DNA of 57,959 nucleotides, filler included, from Platydemus manokwari (taxonomy: Eukaryota), in NCBI GenBank assembly GCA_037951405.1. It is 6 parts of 6 records of this genome, joined end to end, with 100 filler letters (N's around TTAATTAATTAA, not from the genome) between each part and the next. Parts side by side here need not be neighbours in the genome. Positions count along the whole stretch, not along the records: positions 1 to 9,011 come from JBBMOY011314649.1; positions 9,112 to 18,047 come from JBBMOY011326539.1; 4 more parts are not named here. One strand, 5' to 3'. Below, piece after piece: positions 1-13,530 of this stretch. The position numbers and the translations under genes are program-made. Below the pieces are notes generated by a model that worked only from the letters and a program-made list of their open reading frames with translations, made no database searches and had not been told where the DNA came from. Position 1 is the first letter of the stretch. Each line of letters starts with the position of its first letter.

Positions 1-70
<70 letters not shown>
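1..70. repeat. (TTA)n microsatellite at contig start
   Basis: Perfect TTA triplet run of about 23 units. Confidence 0.97.
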
Positions 71-2598
71 CTATTTTATCAATACAGAATAATAATTCTA
101 TTTATTATTTTTATAATATGGTGATCGAAATCAATCTTTTAATTATTCCTCCAAAGTGTTATACATAAAAATAGTAAACACATGTTTGTTATCAATTCAA
201 AGATAAAAGAGGAAAAAATAACGATTATTTCAAAAGCGAATAAATAACTACAATTTTTGCTAATGTAAAAATACTAAAGATAACAGCAGGTTAAATAAAT
301 ATCAAAGGTGCTCGTAAATATCAATTTTATGTACGAACATTGTCAAAGCTATATCAGGTCTTAGGATTTGGTAATCAAAGCAAATGGAATTGAAATTGTT
401 TTCAAATTAGAACCGTGGGTTTCGACTGTCATTGATTATCAAATTTAGGTTAACTTATTATAATTGTTGTTATGGAGGTGATGTGTATAGGGATCAGCTT
501 GATTAGCACCACCAATATTTCTGTTAAATTTTCGTATATTAATATAAAAACTTGTGTTTGTGGGCTGTGTAATTACTGGTCTGACTTTAACAATGTAGTT
601 GATGTACGAGATTCGTAAGTGATTTTAATTTTATTTAAATAAATAAGATAGCTATTGATTCAAATAATTTATTGATTTTTGAAGATATTTATTGATGTCA
701 TAAGGGAAAACTAGCGAAAATTCTCCGGCCTAGCTTAACCACAAAGCCTAGATTCCATAAATTACTGTTAATCGATAAAATGAATTACACATGTAATAAC
801 AATATGAGAAGGCTGACAGTTGCTTTTACCTAAATTGATGAACAGGATTCTGTCCAAGTAATATTAATTTAATTTAATTAATACAATTTACGATTGAATA
901 GCTTGATCCTAACTTCTACGAATTTGAATAACAGCTAAATTTTTCCCAACTTTTCTTTATCGTGCAATCTATATTCACTCGAATCACTGCTTAGGATTTT
1001 TCTAAAAAACTGGGATAAAAAGCCATATTTTATATAAGTAATTTCTAATTTTATGTCTGGCTTTCAATTTAATTAAATTAATTTAAATTGTTATGTAGCA
1101 TACGAAAAATTATTTACAGTAATTCGGGATTGTTCTGTGGTGTTATTTTTAGAGACTATCAATTTATATTTGTTCCTCTCTCCATTATAAACGTAAACAC
1201 CTTATCCTAGCAACTCTAATTCTTCCAGTATTTATTGTCTTAATTAATCCCAAGACAATTTTTGGATGCTGGAATATTTGAGGAACTTAAAACCACCATT
1301 CTTGTTAAAGCACAGCCGAAAATCAATTACATCCACTGGCGAAACTTTATCGGAATATTATTTTAAGAGACTACTTTACTGTCTGTATTGTTATCAGAAT
1401 TCCAATAATCCAAAATAAACGTACTGTAATTGACGTTTCATTCGTTAATTTATTCTTATAATATTGGCTTTATTGACATTTCGATTCTAAACTCAGGCAC
1501 CACTCAATCTCATTATTAAGAAGTCCGTGAATTACAAATCTCATTTGTGAATAGAAAATCGGAATAGATAATCTGGAGCTAAACAATTGATAAAATAGTA
1601 AATTCAAATCTCAATTATTAGAAACGTTGAACGCAATTTTTTTGTCGTTTATGAGTTTATACTCATGTGACTGAAAGACTTAAATCTTTATCAGTCATTC
1701 CTTTATACCGACTAAGATTGCTCCAGGTAGAATATTTTTGAAGTTTGTGTGCTACTACAGCAATAGTTATAAGTCATATATTTAAGAGGTCAAACCTATA
1801 AATTTAATATGAGATGCAGGACCTTGGTAAGACATAATGAGTTTATGAAATCTAAGTAGGTGTTTAATATAGAAAAGTGTAACTTGGGAAGATTGCAATA
1901 ACATGGCAGTCATTGCAATTTTTAAAAAAATTTGTTTGAGTTGATTAGAATGAGTGCTAGCGTCATGTTTTCAATTGATAATGATTTTCAAAGTTTGAAC
2001 AATATCCTATCGTGCCAACCTGAATGATTGGATTTATCTCATTTATTTATTTAATTAAAAATGTCGAATTAATTTTTAAACTTAAGAACTTTATTTCGAC
2101 ATTTAACTCTATTTTTGTGGTCATTTAAATAAATGTTTTTATAATATTTAGTTTCAGTAATTTATAATAATACTTTTGTTAGTTTTATTTTAGTTTCTAT
2201 AAAAAAACTGATGATTATTTGCCATTAAATAAATTTTTCTAAACTAATTATGAATCTATTTCCAAACATAATAAAACATTATATTTTAGTAAAATTCAGT
2301 GTGCGAAATTTATGTTAAAATGTGTTTTACTAAGCTATTTAGCGGTCATCTAAAGCGTCTTATTCTTTAAATTATTATTACCGCCTTTCATTCTGTTATT
2401 TTTTAAAATTATTTATCGTTATTTATCGTCTATTATCCTTTTATTTTTTAATGAAAAATCACCGTTATATTTTTAGTAACAGTATTTCAAACTTTTTCAA
2501 ATATAACTGTGAAATGTTTTTGATAATTAAATAATTTTAAATTAATTCCGAATTCTAATATTGTCGTTGTGATATTTTTGACGGTTTCTTCATTTTAG

Positions 2599-4415
2599 GT
2601 GCTGCCTTAATGACAGATATTTTATCGTCAAATATGCTTGACAGAAGTTATCAAATTTCAGGTATTTTGATTGTGTTGTCTTGCAATGTTTCTATGATAA
2701 TTATGTTTCTTTAACAGGGAATCGTGATGATATTCGTTATTATGAGGAACGATTGAGTAAAAGAAAGGAGAAAGAGAGGGAGGAAGAAAAAATGAATCAA
2801 TTCCTTAATAGTTCTCTGAGAGCATCAGATCGGTTGAGAGCTTTGGAAAAATCGAAGAAAGTCAATTATAAAATGAATGCTGCGTACGTGCCAGAGGATA
2901 TCGATTTAGACATAATGGGTGTTGATATCGGTGAATATAATGATTACATTAAATAATGAATCTATGTGACATATAGATGGAAACAAGACATTATTGATAA
3001 AGTTCCTCACATTCCATGAGTGTATTAAATTATTTGATTGAGTCTCATTGAATGCGTGTGTTGTTTGCGTGCTGTCATATGGTGTAGACAAATACACGAT
3101 CTTTTGTTGTCCAGTGTGCTCACAAATGTGTGTGTGCGTGCGCGCGTGTGTGCAGTGGTACATTTGTGTAGCGGTGTGCCGCGTTGTCACTACCTTTTTA
3201 GTGATTCCATCGAATGATCGATAAGATATTGACAAGTCGATATAACTTGCTGATTTCTGCATCATTGTTATCTCTGTGTGCCATCATATGAAATACCGAT
3301 TTACATTCGATGTGTGTTGGTGACTGAATTCAGGTCGAGGTCGCACCGTGCTTGATAATATTAGTGACCAGCATTGAGTACAAATTGATCACATCTCATT
3401 AACGAATCCAACCTCGCTATTGAGCGAGATTTTCTCTTCTTATGTCTGCTGAAAATTCGTCTGCCAGTTGATCAATGCTCACTTTAATCAAGTCGGATCA
3501 AATATCCAATCGTTATGAAGTGACATTATTTGATGAATGAAATGCTGAGTAATTAATGATAAATCCATCAATATGAGCAGTGTGTCAATATCAATGTCAA
3601 TCGATTGATTAATTAATTATCAGATAATATATATAATTAGGTAATCTACGATTCTTATTATTATGCTCTAATTATTTATTGATTAATTTAATTAATTTCG
3701 GATAATTTCGATATAATCTAATTAATAAAAATCAATTACTATTTGATTATTATCGTTAATAATTAAGTTGCTGAGACAAACATGTAATTAATGTAATTAA
3801 TCAATTAAATCCATTCTGATCCGATATCAAATAATATTAAAAAATATCATTTGTTTTTGTTACGTCATCAAATCTTTCTTCTCCTTTAACTAAATTGGCC
3901 AATCAAAATTGAGATATGTATATACGTCTGTTATATCATTTGTCGATTGTTTGTCATGTTGATAGGTGTAGGGTATTGGATATCAATATGCAGTTTCCGT
4001 GTTGGGTTTTGGTCTGGTTTTACACAAAGAAAGATTTAATCGTGGCCGGATTAAGCACAACGGGTATTAATTCAATAAATCGTGATCAATCCATATAGAA
4101 CATGTCTATAATTCTAAAAAAATCGATATAAAATTCGTAGATATCTGTCCATAATATATGTTATGAGGTGCTTGGAGCATTGGTTTCAGTAGACAACTGA
4201 ATGGATTATTAGATTATTGATTATAATTAATTGATTATGACATAATCGTCTAAAATTTCTGTAACTGAGGCATTTTATAGAATTGATTATTGAATATTTC
4301 TTAGCAAATATATGTGCTTATAGACTTGTATATGCAGATAATCAATAATCTTTCTACTACTATAATAATAATAATAATAATAGTGATAATAATAATAGTG
4401 ATAATAATAATAGTG

Positions 4416-4454
<39 letters not shown>

Positions 4455-4457
4455 GTG

Positions 4458-4498
<41 letters not shown>

Positions 4499-5596
4499 CA
4501 CAAGCCTTATAAAATATGATCACTTGAAAAGTTATCTAATGTCGATCAATATACAAACAATAAGCAGTCATCAATGCCTTTGGCGTCATGGCAACACCAT
4601 CAATCTGTTCTACTTCTAGAACCAATAAATACTCCAAGGCAGCTGTATAATTTAGAGGAGAAAATATGAATTGCTTTCATTTCTATAATTTGAAAATATT
4701 TCTTGACAATACAGGAATCGTGATTAGATTATGTTCCATGACGACCAGTGGATCTCGCAATAAAGTTTTAATCTTAATTCGCTAATTTGTCCAATTTGTA
4801 TTCGCCGTATGTAGTATGCCACCCCTTCGATGTTTCGATTTGGCAAATTTTCTGTGAATTTCTTTTGATGTCGATCACTCTTTATGATGCCAGTTTCTAC
4901 CATCTGGCATTCCATGAAACAATTTTAGAGATTTCTGTTTCTGCTGCTACTGTAAATGATTGATACGCGAATGATTCATACAATGGAATGGGTGAGTTTG
5001 TGTGTGTGTATAAGATAGTGTTCGATAATATCGGTTGTGAATGGTGATGATGATGATGTTGATGATGTTGATGCCGTCAAGATGTGTTTTCTAAACTTGT
5101 GAGCAGCTTTATAAATACATCTTGCATGTTGATTCACATATTTTATATATTTTCTCATTGATCTTACTGTCATGTATCGAGCATATGATGATTCTATAAT
5201 GACATTCATGATATCATTTATGATTTTATAAGTGATGTATTTCTATCTAATAAATTAAATGGTTTTCTATCTGAAATTGTCTCAGATATTACTCGATTCA
5301 CTGAAGCATTGTGCAATCGAAAATATCCAAAATCCAAATTCACCCGAGCAGATCTTGATTGGTTGCAACGATATGTGCAGAGCCAAACATTTCAAATTCC
5401 ATTCAAGCTCACTGGAGCAATAGAAGAAATTCTCATTCGTTATGAGCATCCTCCATTGATGGGAACAGCACAAGCCCAACGATTTCTGAAAAAGGTTTCC
5501 TCTACTCTATCAACTGTACACAAACAGTCCAAAGATTCAGCCCACAGATATCAGATGCAAGAATTACTTCAACTCCTTTCTAGTCCTGATTTCAAG
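2599..5596 (+). CDS. MPP5: PALS1/MPP5/Stardust-like MAGUK, 5' partial (conserved N-terminal region plus L27N and start of L27C)
   Basis: Phase-consistent GT-AG exons 2599-2661, 2718-2930, 5286-5596. EEEKMNQFLNSSLRASDRLRALEK...NAAY resembles the Stardust/PALS1 ECR2 region; DLDWLQRYVQSQTFQIPFKLTGAIEE...AQAQRFLKKVSSTL...QELLQLLSSPDFK aligns by eye with the PALS1 L27 tandem ([24 protein letters not shown]...AQDLAQEVQTVL...QELTALLNTPHIQ). PDZ/SH3/GuK exons are not in this contig. Confidence 0.8.
4361..4499. repeat. (ATA)n microsatellite with periodic GTG interruptions
   Basis: Direct reading; explains the poly-I and poly-Y ORFs in the track. Confidence 0.97.
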
Positions 5597-6115
5597 GTAA
5601 ATATCACTGATAACACATATTTAATGGACTCATATTTGGAAAGATTTTATCTAATTGAGTTTCTATTTTCTGTCATGCTTTAAATAATAACGCTAAACAG
5701 ATCATGAAGTGGTGTTTTACAATAAGTTTTCTCATTAATATGATGTTGTCTCTTGTATATTGATCTAGATGATAATCATATCATGATAATTATATTCATT
5801 GACTGATTCCATAAAACTGTGATATGTAGCTCCATTATTACTCAAATATAAGCACTTTAGAATCGTTCTACAGTTTTAGAGATCTCTGAGAACATGAATT
5901 GATTTTGACATTCAAAAATGATTCAGCGGAGGTTTAAATAAAATTATCTGGTCCATGGCAGGACTTTGATTTTTTTCGGACGATTTTCTCGGAAAAATCT
6001 TCACATGGCAATCTAAAAATAGATTATATCGATTATTCCATGATTGAATCTTTATAAATATTTATTGATTCTTTCATTATAGGGATTTAAATATATCTAA
6101 TTTTCATTTCATCTG

Positions 6116-6232
6116 CAATAATAATAATATTATTATGATAATAATAATAATAATAATATATTATTATTATTATTATTATTATAGTAAAAAAAATAATAGT
6201 AATAATAATATTATTATGATAATATTCATAAT
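6116..6232. repeat. Compound (ATA)n/(TTA)n low-complexity repeat
   Basis: Adjacent ATA and TAT runs, partly self-complementary. Confidence 0.8.
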
Positions 6233-8934
6233 AATGGAAATAGTAAAATTCTGAAAAGATAGACAGCTAAGAAAGAGAATCTCCTTTACATACTCCAATA
6301 TGCAGAATGAAACTCAGTTCTCCCCAACATGTAAAATTAATTCTACCACAAATCGAATCAAATTAATTGGCTCGATGTTTGCCCTTGCAGGTAATTTAAC
6401 GATATAGTTGATTTTTAGGACCCGGTGTAGTCCTTGATGTATGGCATAACGGTTCAAACACACACGCCTGCAAGCACAGATATTCACTCACCTATATCGC
6501 GGACACACCTCAATAAATCTGATCCACATACTTGATGATAGAGGAGCTGATAATTTCTTACTTTGTCGTGGTCCTGGTTGATAAATCTTCATTCTCATTC
6601 ATTCATCAACAATCAACATGTCGACAGAGAGATGAAATTTATTGAATATAATAATATTATCAAGGAAAATGATGAGCATTCTTAATATTTTCTAACAATG
6701 ATAAATATAAATAAGATTTCCATTACCGAAATCTGAGCCTTGTCGACGTTTAAGAATTTGTTTTCATAAAACGATTCATTAGATGTAAGTGCCAGTATTA
6801 GAGAGAGAGAGAGAGCTGGGAGTAAATGATGAAAATTCAGGATAATCGTCTAGTTATAATGTTCATGAATTATTTGTGATGATAAAAAATCAATGAAAAA
6901 ATAGATTTGAGGGATTTTTAATTATTATTGACGACAAATAATTAAAGAATCCATAACAATTATTCAATATATTGATTTATCGATAAATAATTGATCGATA
7001 TTTCCCTCCATACAAATATGGGATTATATAAGATTATAATCTATTATCAAGCACTAATGGAAATCATTGATAATGAGCTTATTGGAATGCAGGTTGCAGG
7101 CAATTGTTTGTATCTGTATATTCCTTATGAGGAACTCCTTTTATCTGATAGATTTTTACAAGATTATTCACATGACTGATAGAATTGATGTTCTTCTATA
7201 TGTATTAGCTTTATATATTTTAATTAATGAGGTTAATCGATATTTAATTGAAGAGAGATCTTCTATTTTTCTCACCGGCATCGAATGTTTCATTTCATTT
7301 TCATCGCATATTTTAATGCTAAAAACACACTATCTTGTGAACAGGCGCAATATCGACCACATTGAACAGTCTTGACCCCCTAACACTTGACTAAAATGAT
7401 TCGTTACTGTTTTACTTTTTATAAGTTTCCTATCAATAACTCTCTGACTTTATTTCAAACTTTCTTTCTCTTTGTAAGAGTTGATCTCTCTCTCTCTCTG
7501 TCTCCATATATATATCGATAAAAAAGCAATTCGAAATATTTAATCTGTAGTACCAAAAATGATGGAATTCTAAAATGGCTTATGTGCCCATATATAGTAT
7601 TTATCAAAAGTTACAGAGGCTCATTAAGGATAAACACAAAACCTCAATCAATTTCATCGAAAATCTGGTCCCCATATCATCTATAAACAATCTCTAATAT
7701 TAACGACAATCTAAGTGAAGGCATTATTACTGAAATTCTCTATTTTGTTTAAATGGCCCAGAATTTAAATAAAATTGGTAAGGTTTGCTAGTCGGAAAGA
7801 AGCATTACATTTCTGTTATTGTTGCTAATAGTAACCGGCATCGCGACATTTCTTGATTTGCATGAGAAATGTTAATTTAATATTTTATTATATTATTTAT
7901 ATGTATATATTACTATATAATCCGTATCGATATAAAATCTGATATCAATCAATACAATAAGTGCAAAAAGAGATACATTTTATCATGTTATCAATCTATT
8001 TCATTAAATAATTCAATAATTATTTAATTAATTATTGGAATAAATGATGTGTTAAGATTGAATATCTCTTGATCACACATTACAACATAAATGATCATTT
8101 TTTCACAGCATCAAGAAATATAATTGTTTCATTCCAACATTTATTCCTTTGTTACTTATTGATCTTTTGGCAATAATTGTCTTCATTAGCATTGATACAA
8201 TTATAATCTTCTAACAATATCTATTTGTATTTTCAGAATGTCTGTGAATTCTATTATTAATGTAATGAGTATCACAGAATTGATTGATGGTATTTTGTCA
8301 ACGCAATCAATAATATGATTGATTTGGTACCATTTAATACAATTTGATCATTACGATCATTTTTTAAAATTCCATCAATTTTTTTAATCTAATATTTATA
8401 GAATCTATGTCATCATGTTGTCATAACAACTACGATCGTGACTCTAATAGACACTTGCTGTTACCACATGACAAATAATCCTTATTCTGGATTTTCTTCT
8501 GTGTCATTTTTGATGATTATGTATTATAATTTACAATTCCTTATAATAGTTCCGTGTTCAATAACATTAAAAAGAGTCAACACGATCACGATTTCAATGA
8601 CGATGAAATTGTATCGCTAATTTTTACTCTTACTCTAACCTATTATTACTCTTGAATGGAATTTATTTTCGTTCAGTTTTTATTATTGTAAAACCCATGG
8701 GATATTACATATTAAACCCATTGATGATTCCAAAATTAATGACCGATATCGTGATTCTTTCGACTCATCAAAATCACATATGACTTTGAGTTTGTGAGTT
8801 CCATTATTATCATTTGAATCGATAGGCACCCGTAGCTATTCCAATTATACTCACTCTCTCACTTAGCGCTTGATCGTGTGCATCTGTTATAATCGGATTT
8901 TGGTTTCATATCAGACAATATCTCTAAATCACTA

Positions 8935-8938
<4 letters not shown>

Positions 8939-8996
<58 letters not shown>

Positions 8997-9011
8997 GTAT
9001 TATTCTTATTA
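8939..9011. repeat. (TTA)n microsatellite at contig end
   Basis: Direct reading. Confidence 0.95.
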
Positions 9012-9111
9012 NNNNNNNNNNNNNNNNNNNNNNNNNNNNNNNNNNNNNNNNNNNNTTAATTAATTAANNNNNNNNNNNNNNNNNNNNNNNNNNNNNNNNN
9101 NNNNNNNNNNN
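9012..9111. other. Artificial contig linker (44N-TTAATTAATTAA-44N)
   Basis: Exactly 100 nt with a six-frame-stop core; identical five times in the window. Confidence 0.97.
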
Positions 9112-9509
9112 ATGTTATATATTTTCTGGTTAGATGTGATATTTTGTATTGATTTCTCTGATCCATTGTTTTCTATAATAATAACATTAGCTGATATCAA
9201 TCGATCTCCAAAACTGTCGGCTCTATTATAGATAATGATGTAATTAATTTTACAATTGTCCTCTAAATCCACAAGCCAATAGCTAGTTGATTGGTTGTTG
9301 GTGGCGGTGCAGTCATAGATAGTCTTTCCATGATTATTATTTATTGCAACTTGATTATATGACCCATCATTTGCTAGATTTGAATCTCTGCTAGCATCGT
9401 ACAAAGATGACTGGTTTGTAGGTTTATGTCGAGATAATAATATTAGGCCGTGACTAAATGGAATGATCAATAAAATTAACATGGTATTTGTATATTGACA
9501 AATCCTCAT
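9112..9509 (-). CDS. Secreted F-type lectin (fucolectin/FTP, F5/8 type C fold) domain protein, 3' truncated by contig end
   Basis: Hydrophobic N-terminus (MLILLIIPFSHG), then KPTNQSS...LANDG...CTAT...YWLVDLEDNCKINYIIIYNRADSFGDRL, matching the fucolectin pattern KxAxQSS...AxDG...CTHT...WWxVDL...IxxVxIxNRGDCCxERL. Confidence 0.8.
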
Positions 9510-11789
9510 TAAATGATCTAAATAAATGTCAGATGTTATTTTATACTTGCAGTTATTATAAAATTAAAAATAATACTTGATGCCATTTTATAAGACAGTG
9601 AAAGCAGTCAGTTTAGCCTCAGATAATAAGCTGGCCGGATCGTATCATATTTAGAAAATGTTTTATTGTATCATACAACTGGAAACCAGAGTTTAATTTA
9701 TCATTCGTTGAATTTTTACCAACTAAATTAATGTGTGTCGTTTCTTATTCCATCTCTGATTTTATCTTTATTTTGAAAATAATTTAAATTTGATTTGTCA
9801 GCACAAATTTTCATTGTTTGCCGTGCAATATCAAGAATCTTTTGAATCTGAAAACGATAAAATTAATAAATAAATCACCTTTATGAAGCAAGTGTTGAAT
9901 TTTTCACAACTTCCTCAACGAATCCTTACTTAGAAATGAATTTGAAAGAAACTTATTTATATTTTATCGAAAAGGTTGAATAATAAAATATTTTTTGGAA
10001 AATATATTGTGTTAAAGATAATAATTATTCTATAATAATAATTTTTTATTATTTTTTTTTATTATGGCTTACTGGACATATTAATATTTTAATTTAATAA
10101 ATTATTTCTTAACTTTATTTATTTTTATTATTAACAAAAAACTAATTTTAATAACATTTTTCAGTATAAAAATGCCCCTATTATTTTATATGGCTCCAAA
10201 TCATCATGTCGATAAAGGCTGATAATTCCTCAAGGTATTACTAATGCATTTTATTTCGTGATCAAATGAAATAAAAAGTAAATATGTAAATTCTTCTTGT
10301 AATCGGGTTGATAATTATATTCAACGACCCACTCGCAAGGACAAAATGGTCACATTCTAAAAGCTAAATTGCGAGTTCAGATAAAAATCTTTTAAATATT
10401 ATTTTCATTACTGTAAAATGAAGTAAAAGTTTATAGGTAATATTTTGTTTTAACTGATATTAATATTATTATTAGTTCAAGTTTTACAATTTTTTGTCCA
10501 GTTTATTCCATCATTATTGATATCTTATATGACTTCAAATCATGATGTAAATTTCAGGCATTATTGATTTTATAGATTCATTAAACTTATTTTTATTTTA
10601 TATCACTATTATCTTAATCAGTCTCAATGAGTTCTTTATTAAGTCCATAGGATGTAATATACTTTCTAATTATTATTAACTTCCCCTCGCACATCTTTAT
10701 TGTGTGAGGACAATAGAAATGGCAATAGAGATTTACTTCAATTATCAGTCTCAGTTATTTAATTTATTTCAATTCCTAATTATGATGCCACCAATTATAA
10801 CGAACTATGATCTATGATCCCTATTTAATCAATAACTAAGACTAAATAACAATGATACAATCTGGTTAACAAGTAAAATAAAAATTACAAAATAATTTCA
10901 AGGCTATACATCAAATGTTATAATAGACCTTAACAATTCCTGAATTAAGAAACGGCTAATAAACTCTTTCTTGCCTATCGAAACCAGTAACCTTTAATGA
11001 TGAGTGAGTTAAACTAAATAATAAGAGATAGAAGCAAGACGGAATCAGCGCCTAAAAGTCAAAAACAGAATAGAAAATAATCAAAAAGGCTGATTATTAA
11101 AAATCGCACAAAGGTAAATGTACAGGCGAGTTACCGACCAAAAAGACTGGCAGGTATTTATGGAACTCAATTTCTTTTATAGACCTATCGGGTGTGTTCG
11201 CTTGATGTCACGGATCAAAGTTTTTGATGTACTTGAAACTTTCCTCGACTCACTAGTGCCATTGGCGGATATTTGAGCTTACTGCCATTTGTAGGTATGT
11301 GCCTGTCAATACTTACTATAAAAACATCAACAGAATTTCTTTAAACCAAAGATAAGGTTAAAACCAAAAATGTTTGTAAGGTAAAGATAAATTTTACCTT
11401 CACTATGAAGCTGAGAAAATTAAAGGTAATTGTTAATCAATATATGAAATGATTCGACACAAAATAAATTATTATACTCAAACAATTACTAATTTTAGAT
11501 ACAAACAGAACCATCTGGATTGATGTAAGAATAAAAGACAAAGTGCCCAAAAATTTTATGTTAATAATAAATGTCATGGTGATTGTTACAAAATAATTAA
11601 CAATGTAGTGATGGTTTTAGAAAAACACCTTCTTCAAATCATATGCTTATAATTGATAATAACAGTGAAAAACATTGAAGACATGGCTAACCAACTTTGA
11701 AAAGAAATCATTTCATAGTGATCTGAAATTATTTATATTTAAATTTATTTGCCAAACTAGAATGAATACACTACCTATTAATGCGTCGC

Positions 11790-12196
11790 CGTGGATATGA
11801 TCGACTGGTGCTCCTTTTGATAGACCAAGTGAGACTCCGAGATATTTATAAAGGTTATCGCTGTCCACAATTGGCACTGGCTCATCACAGATCGACATAT
11901 CAATACGGTTTCGAATGTTTTTGCATTAGTACCCACACTTGGTGGTGTTGATGATAATTTGGATATCAGTTGCTTGATGAATCAGATGATCGAGTCAGTT
12001 TTCGAGATTTTCGCATGAATAACGATGTCATTTGCATAAACCAATGTGGAGAATTGGCTTTCATGGACGATGAGAGGCTCCGAAACGTTTCCTGTGATCT
12101 GATTAAAGATCCGATAGACAGACAAAAAAGTGTTATAGACAAGGGGTAAACTTTTTTGATACCGTGGTAAATTGAAATTGGTGAAGCTTTCAGCAA
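11790..12196 (-). mobile_element. Degenerate non-LTR retrotransposon RT fragment (R2-like)
   Basis: Frameshifted RT motifs in order: GIKKVYPLSITLFCLSIGSLIR (GVKQGDPLSPxLF), TLVYANDIVI (YADD), INTTKC (LNPxKC), YKYLGV. Confidence 0.8.
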
Positions 12197-12542
12197 CGTT
12201 ACACTTATCAGTTCGATATTTGTGTTTTATTGATTTGATTGGTTAGTGTGTTGAGCTGCAACTTCTTCATTTAATCGATATTCGGGTTATTATAGAGTGC
12301 TCACCTATTCAACGGTTAAGTGACAAATTTAATTTCAATTAATTGCTAAGCTTTATTACAATTAATATTATAATAATTGTCTCAATATCTAATGATATCT
12401 AATAATGTTTTTTTATGTTTAATATAATTTCAGTTCATGCTATTAATACATTTAAATTAGGAAATTTGCTGTCGTTTAAATAATTGAAGGTCGAGAAAAA
12501 AGTTAATTCGTTTCAAATTTCAATTTTAAGTTTTTCTCTAAA

Positions 12543-13511
12543 ATGACAATTAGAAATTCAGCATCTTTGATTTTGATTAATTCATTTTATAACACTATTG
12601 TTAAACAATTTGATATAATTTTTCTTCAACGTGTAAGCAAAAGTAAATCGTTCGCTGATAAAGTCGTGTTCCCAGGTGGCGTTTTAGATCAATGTGATTT
12701 GGACGATAAATGGATGGAAATCATTAATCAACGATTTTCACCTGATCAGATCAAGAAAATTGTTTGTGAAAATGAATTAACTATTTATAATAAGTCTAAA
12801 TCACTATCCACAATGATTCCTCAAATCTTTTATCGAATCTGTGCTATTCGTGAAACATTTGAAGAAACCGGAATATTGTTAGCCATTGATAAATCAAATA
12901 AATCTATTTTATCAAATCAAACAATGCTTGAAGATATCAAGGTGAATAATTGGCAAAAGAAAGTATCCGAAAATGGAAATGAATTTTTTGAATTATTTCA
13001 ATCATATCATTTGGTTCCAGATCTGTTATCTCTCTATGAATGGGCCGAGTGGTTAACTCCCAACATTTTCAAGAATCGGTTTCACACAATTTTCTTCATG
13101 CTCTTTATTGAACAAGAACTGAAGACGACTATCAATGATGACGAATCGACATCTCTGATTTGGAAATCTCCTTCAGAAGCTTATGAGGAATTTTTGAAAA
13201 CTAATCAACTTGCTCCTCCTCAAATGTCGGAATTATTTGATTTGAGTTGTTTATGTTCATTGGACCGTATCCGTAACGAAGCAATCAAGCGACAACGATT
13301 GGGTGGATTTCAAAATCTACAGAATGGTTTTACTTTATCAGATGCAACTATCTATGCTCTTCCAGGAGATTCGAGATTTGTAACAAATGTTCAAGAAACA
13401 AATGATTTTTCTCATTTATCTATTAAAGATTTTAGCAATGACAAACATGTGAGGAGATTTATCCATAAAGATGGAAAATTCTCCTACCATTCAAATCATT
13501 TCCAAAATTGA
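12543..13511 (+). CDS. NUDT19: Nudix hydrolase 19 (acyl-CoA diphosphatase NUDT19/RP2), single exon, 322 aa
   Basis: RNSASLIL start, VFPGG...long insert...CAIRETFEETG split Nudix box, WAEWLTP-x-RFHTIFF and LAPPQ motifs typical of NUDT19; ATG to TGA intact. Confidence 0.9.
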   Translation: MTIRNSASLILINSFYNTIVKQFDIIFLQRVSKSKSFADKVVFPGGVLDQCDLDDKWMEIINQRFSPDQIKKIVCENELTIYNKSKSLSTMIPQIFYRICAIRETFEETGILLAIDKSNKSILSNQTMLEDIKVNNWQKKVSENGNEFFELFQSYHLVPDLLSLYEWAEWLTPNIFKNRFHTIFFMLFIEQELKTTINDDESTSLIWKSPSEAYEEFLKTNQLAPPQMSELFDLSCLCSLDRIRNEAIKRQRLGGFQNLQNGFTLSDATIYALPGDSRFVTNVQETNDFSHLSIKDFSNDKHVRRFIHKDGKFSYHSNHFQN

Positions 13512-13524
13512 TTATTATTTTAGT

Positions 13525-13530
13525 AATAAA
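13525..13530 (+). promoter_or_regulatory. Candidate polyadenylation signal of NUDT19
   Basis: AATAAA 14 nt after the stop; weak evidence in AT-rich DNA. Confidence 0.4.

Noticed and set aside
4287-4619. Poly-Tyr and poly-Ile ORFs
   Set aside because: Translations of the (ATA)n microsatellite.
6991-7179. ALMEIIDNEL as the next PALS1 L27 exon
   Set aside because: No AG acceptor directly before the Ala codon in the needed phase, and similarity to ALLxAHD is weak.
9056-9067. TTAATTAATTAA as a biological motif (homeodomain site or piggyBac target)
   Set aside because: Always embedded in exactly 44 N on each side; synthetic linker.
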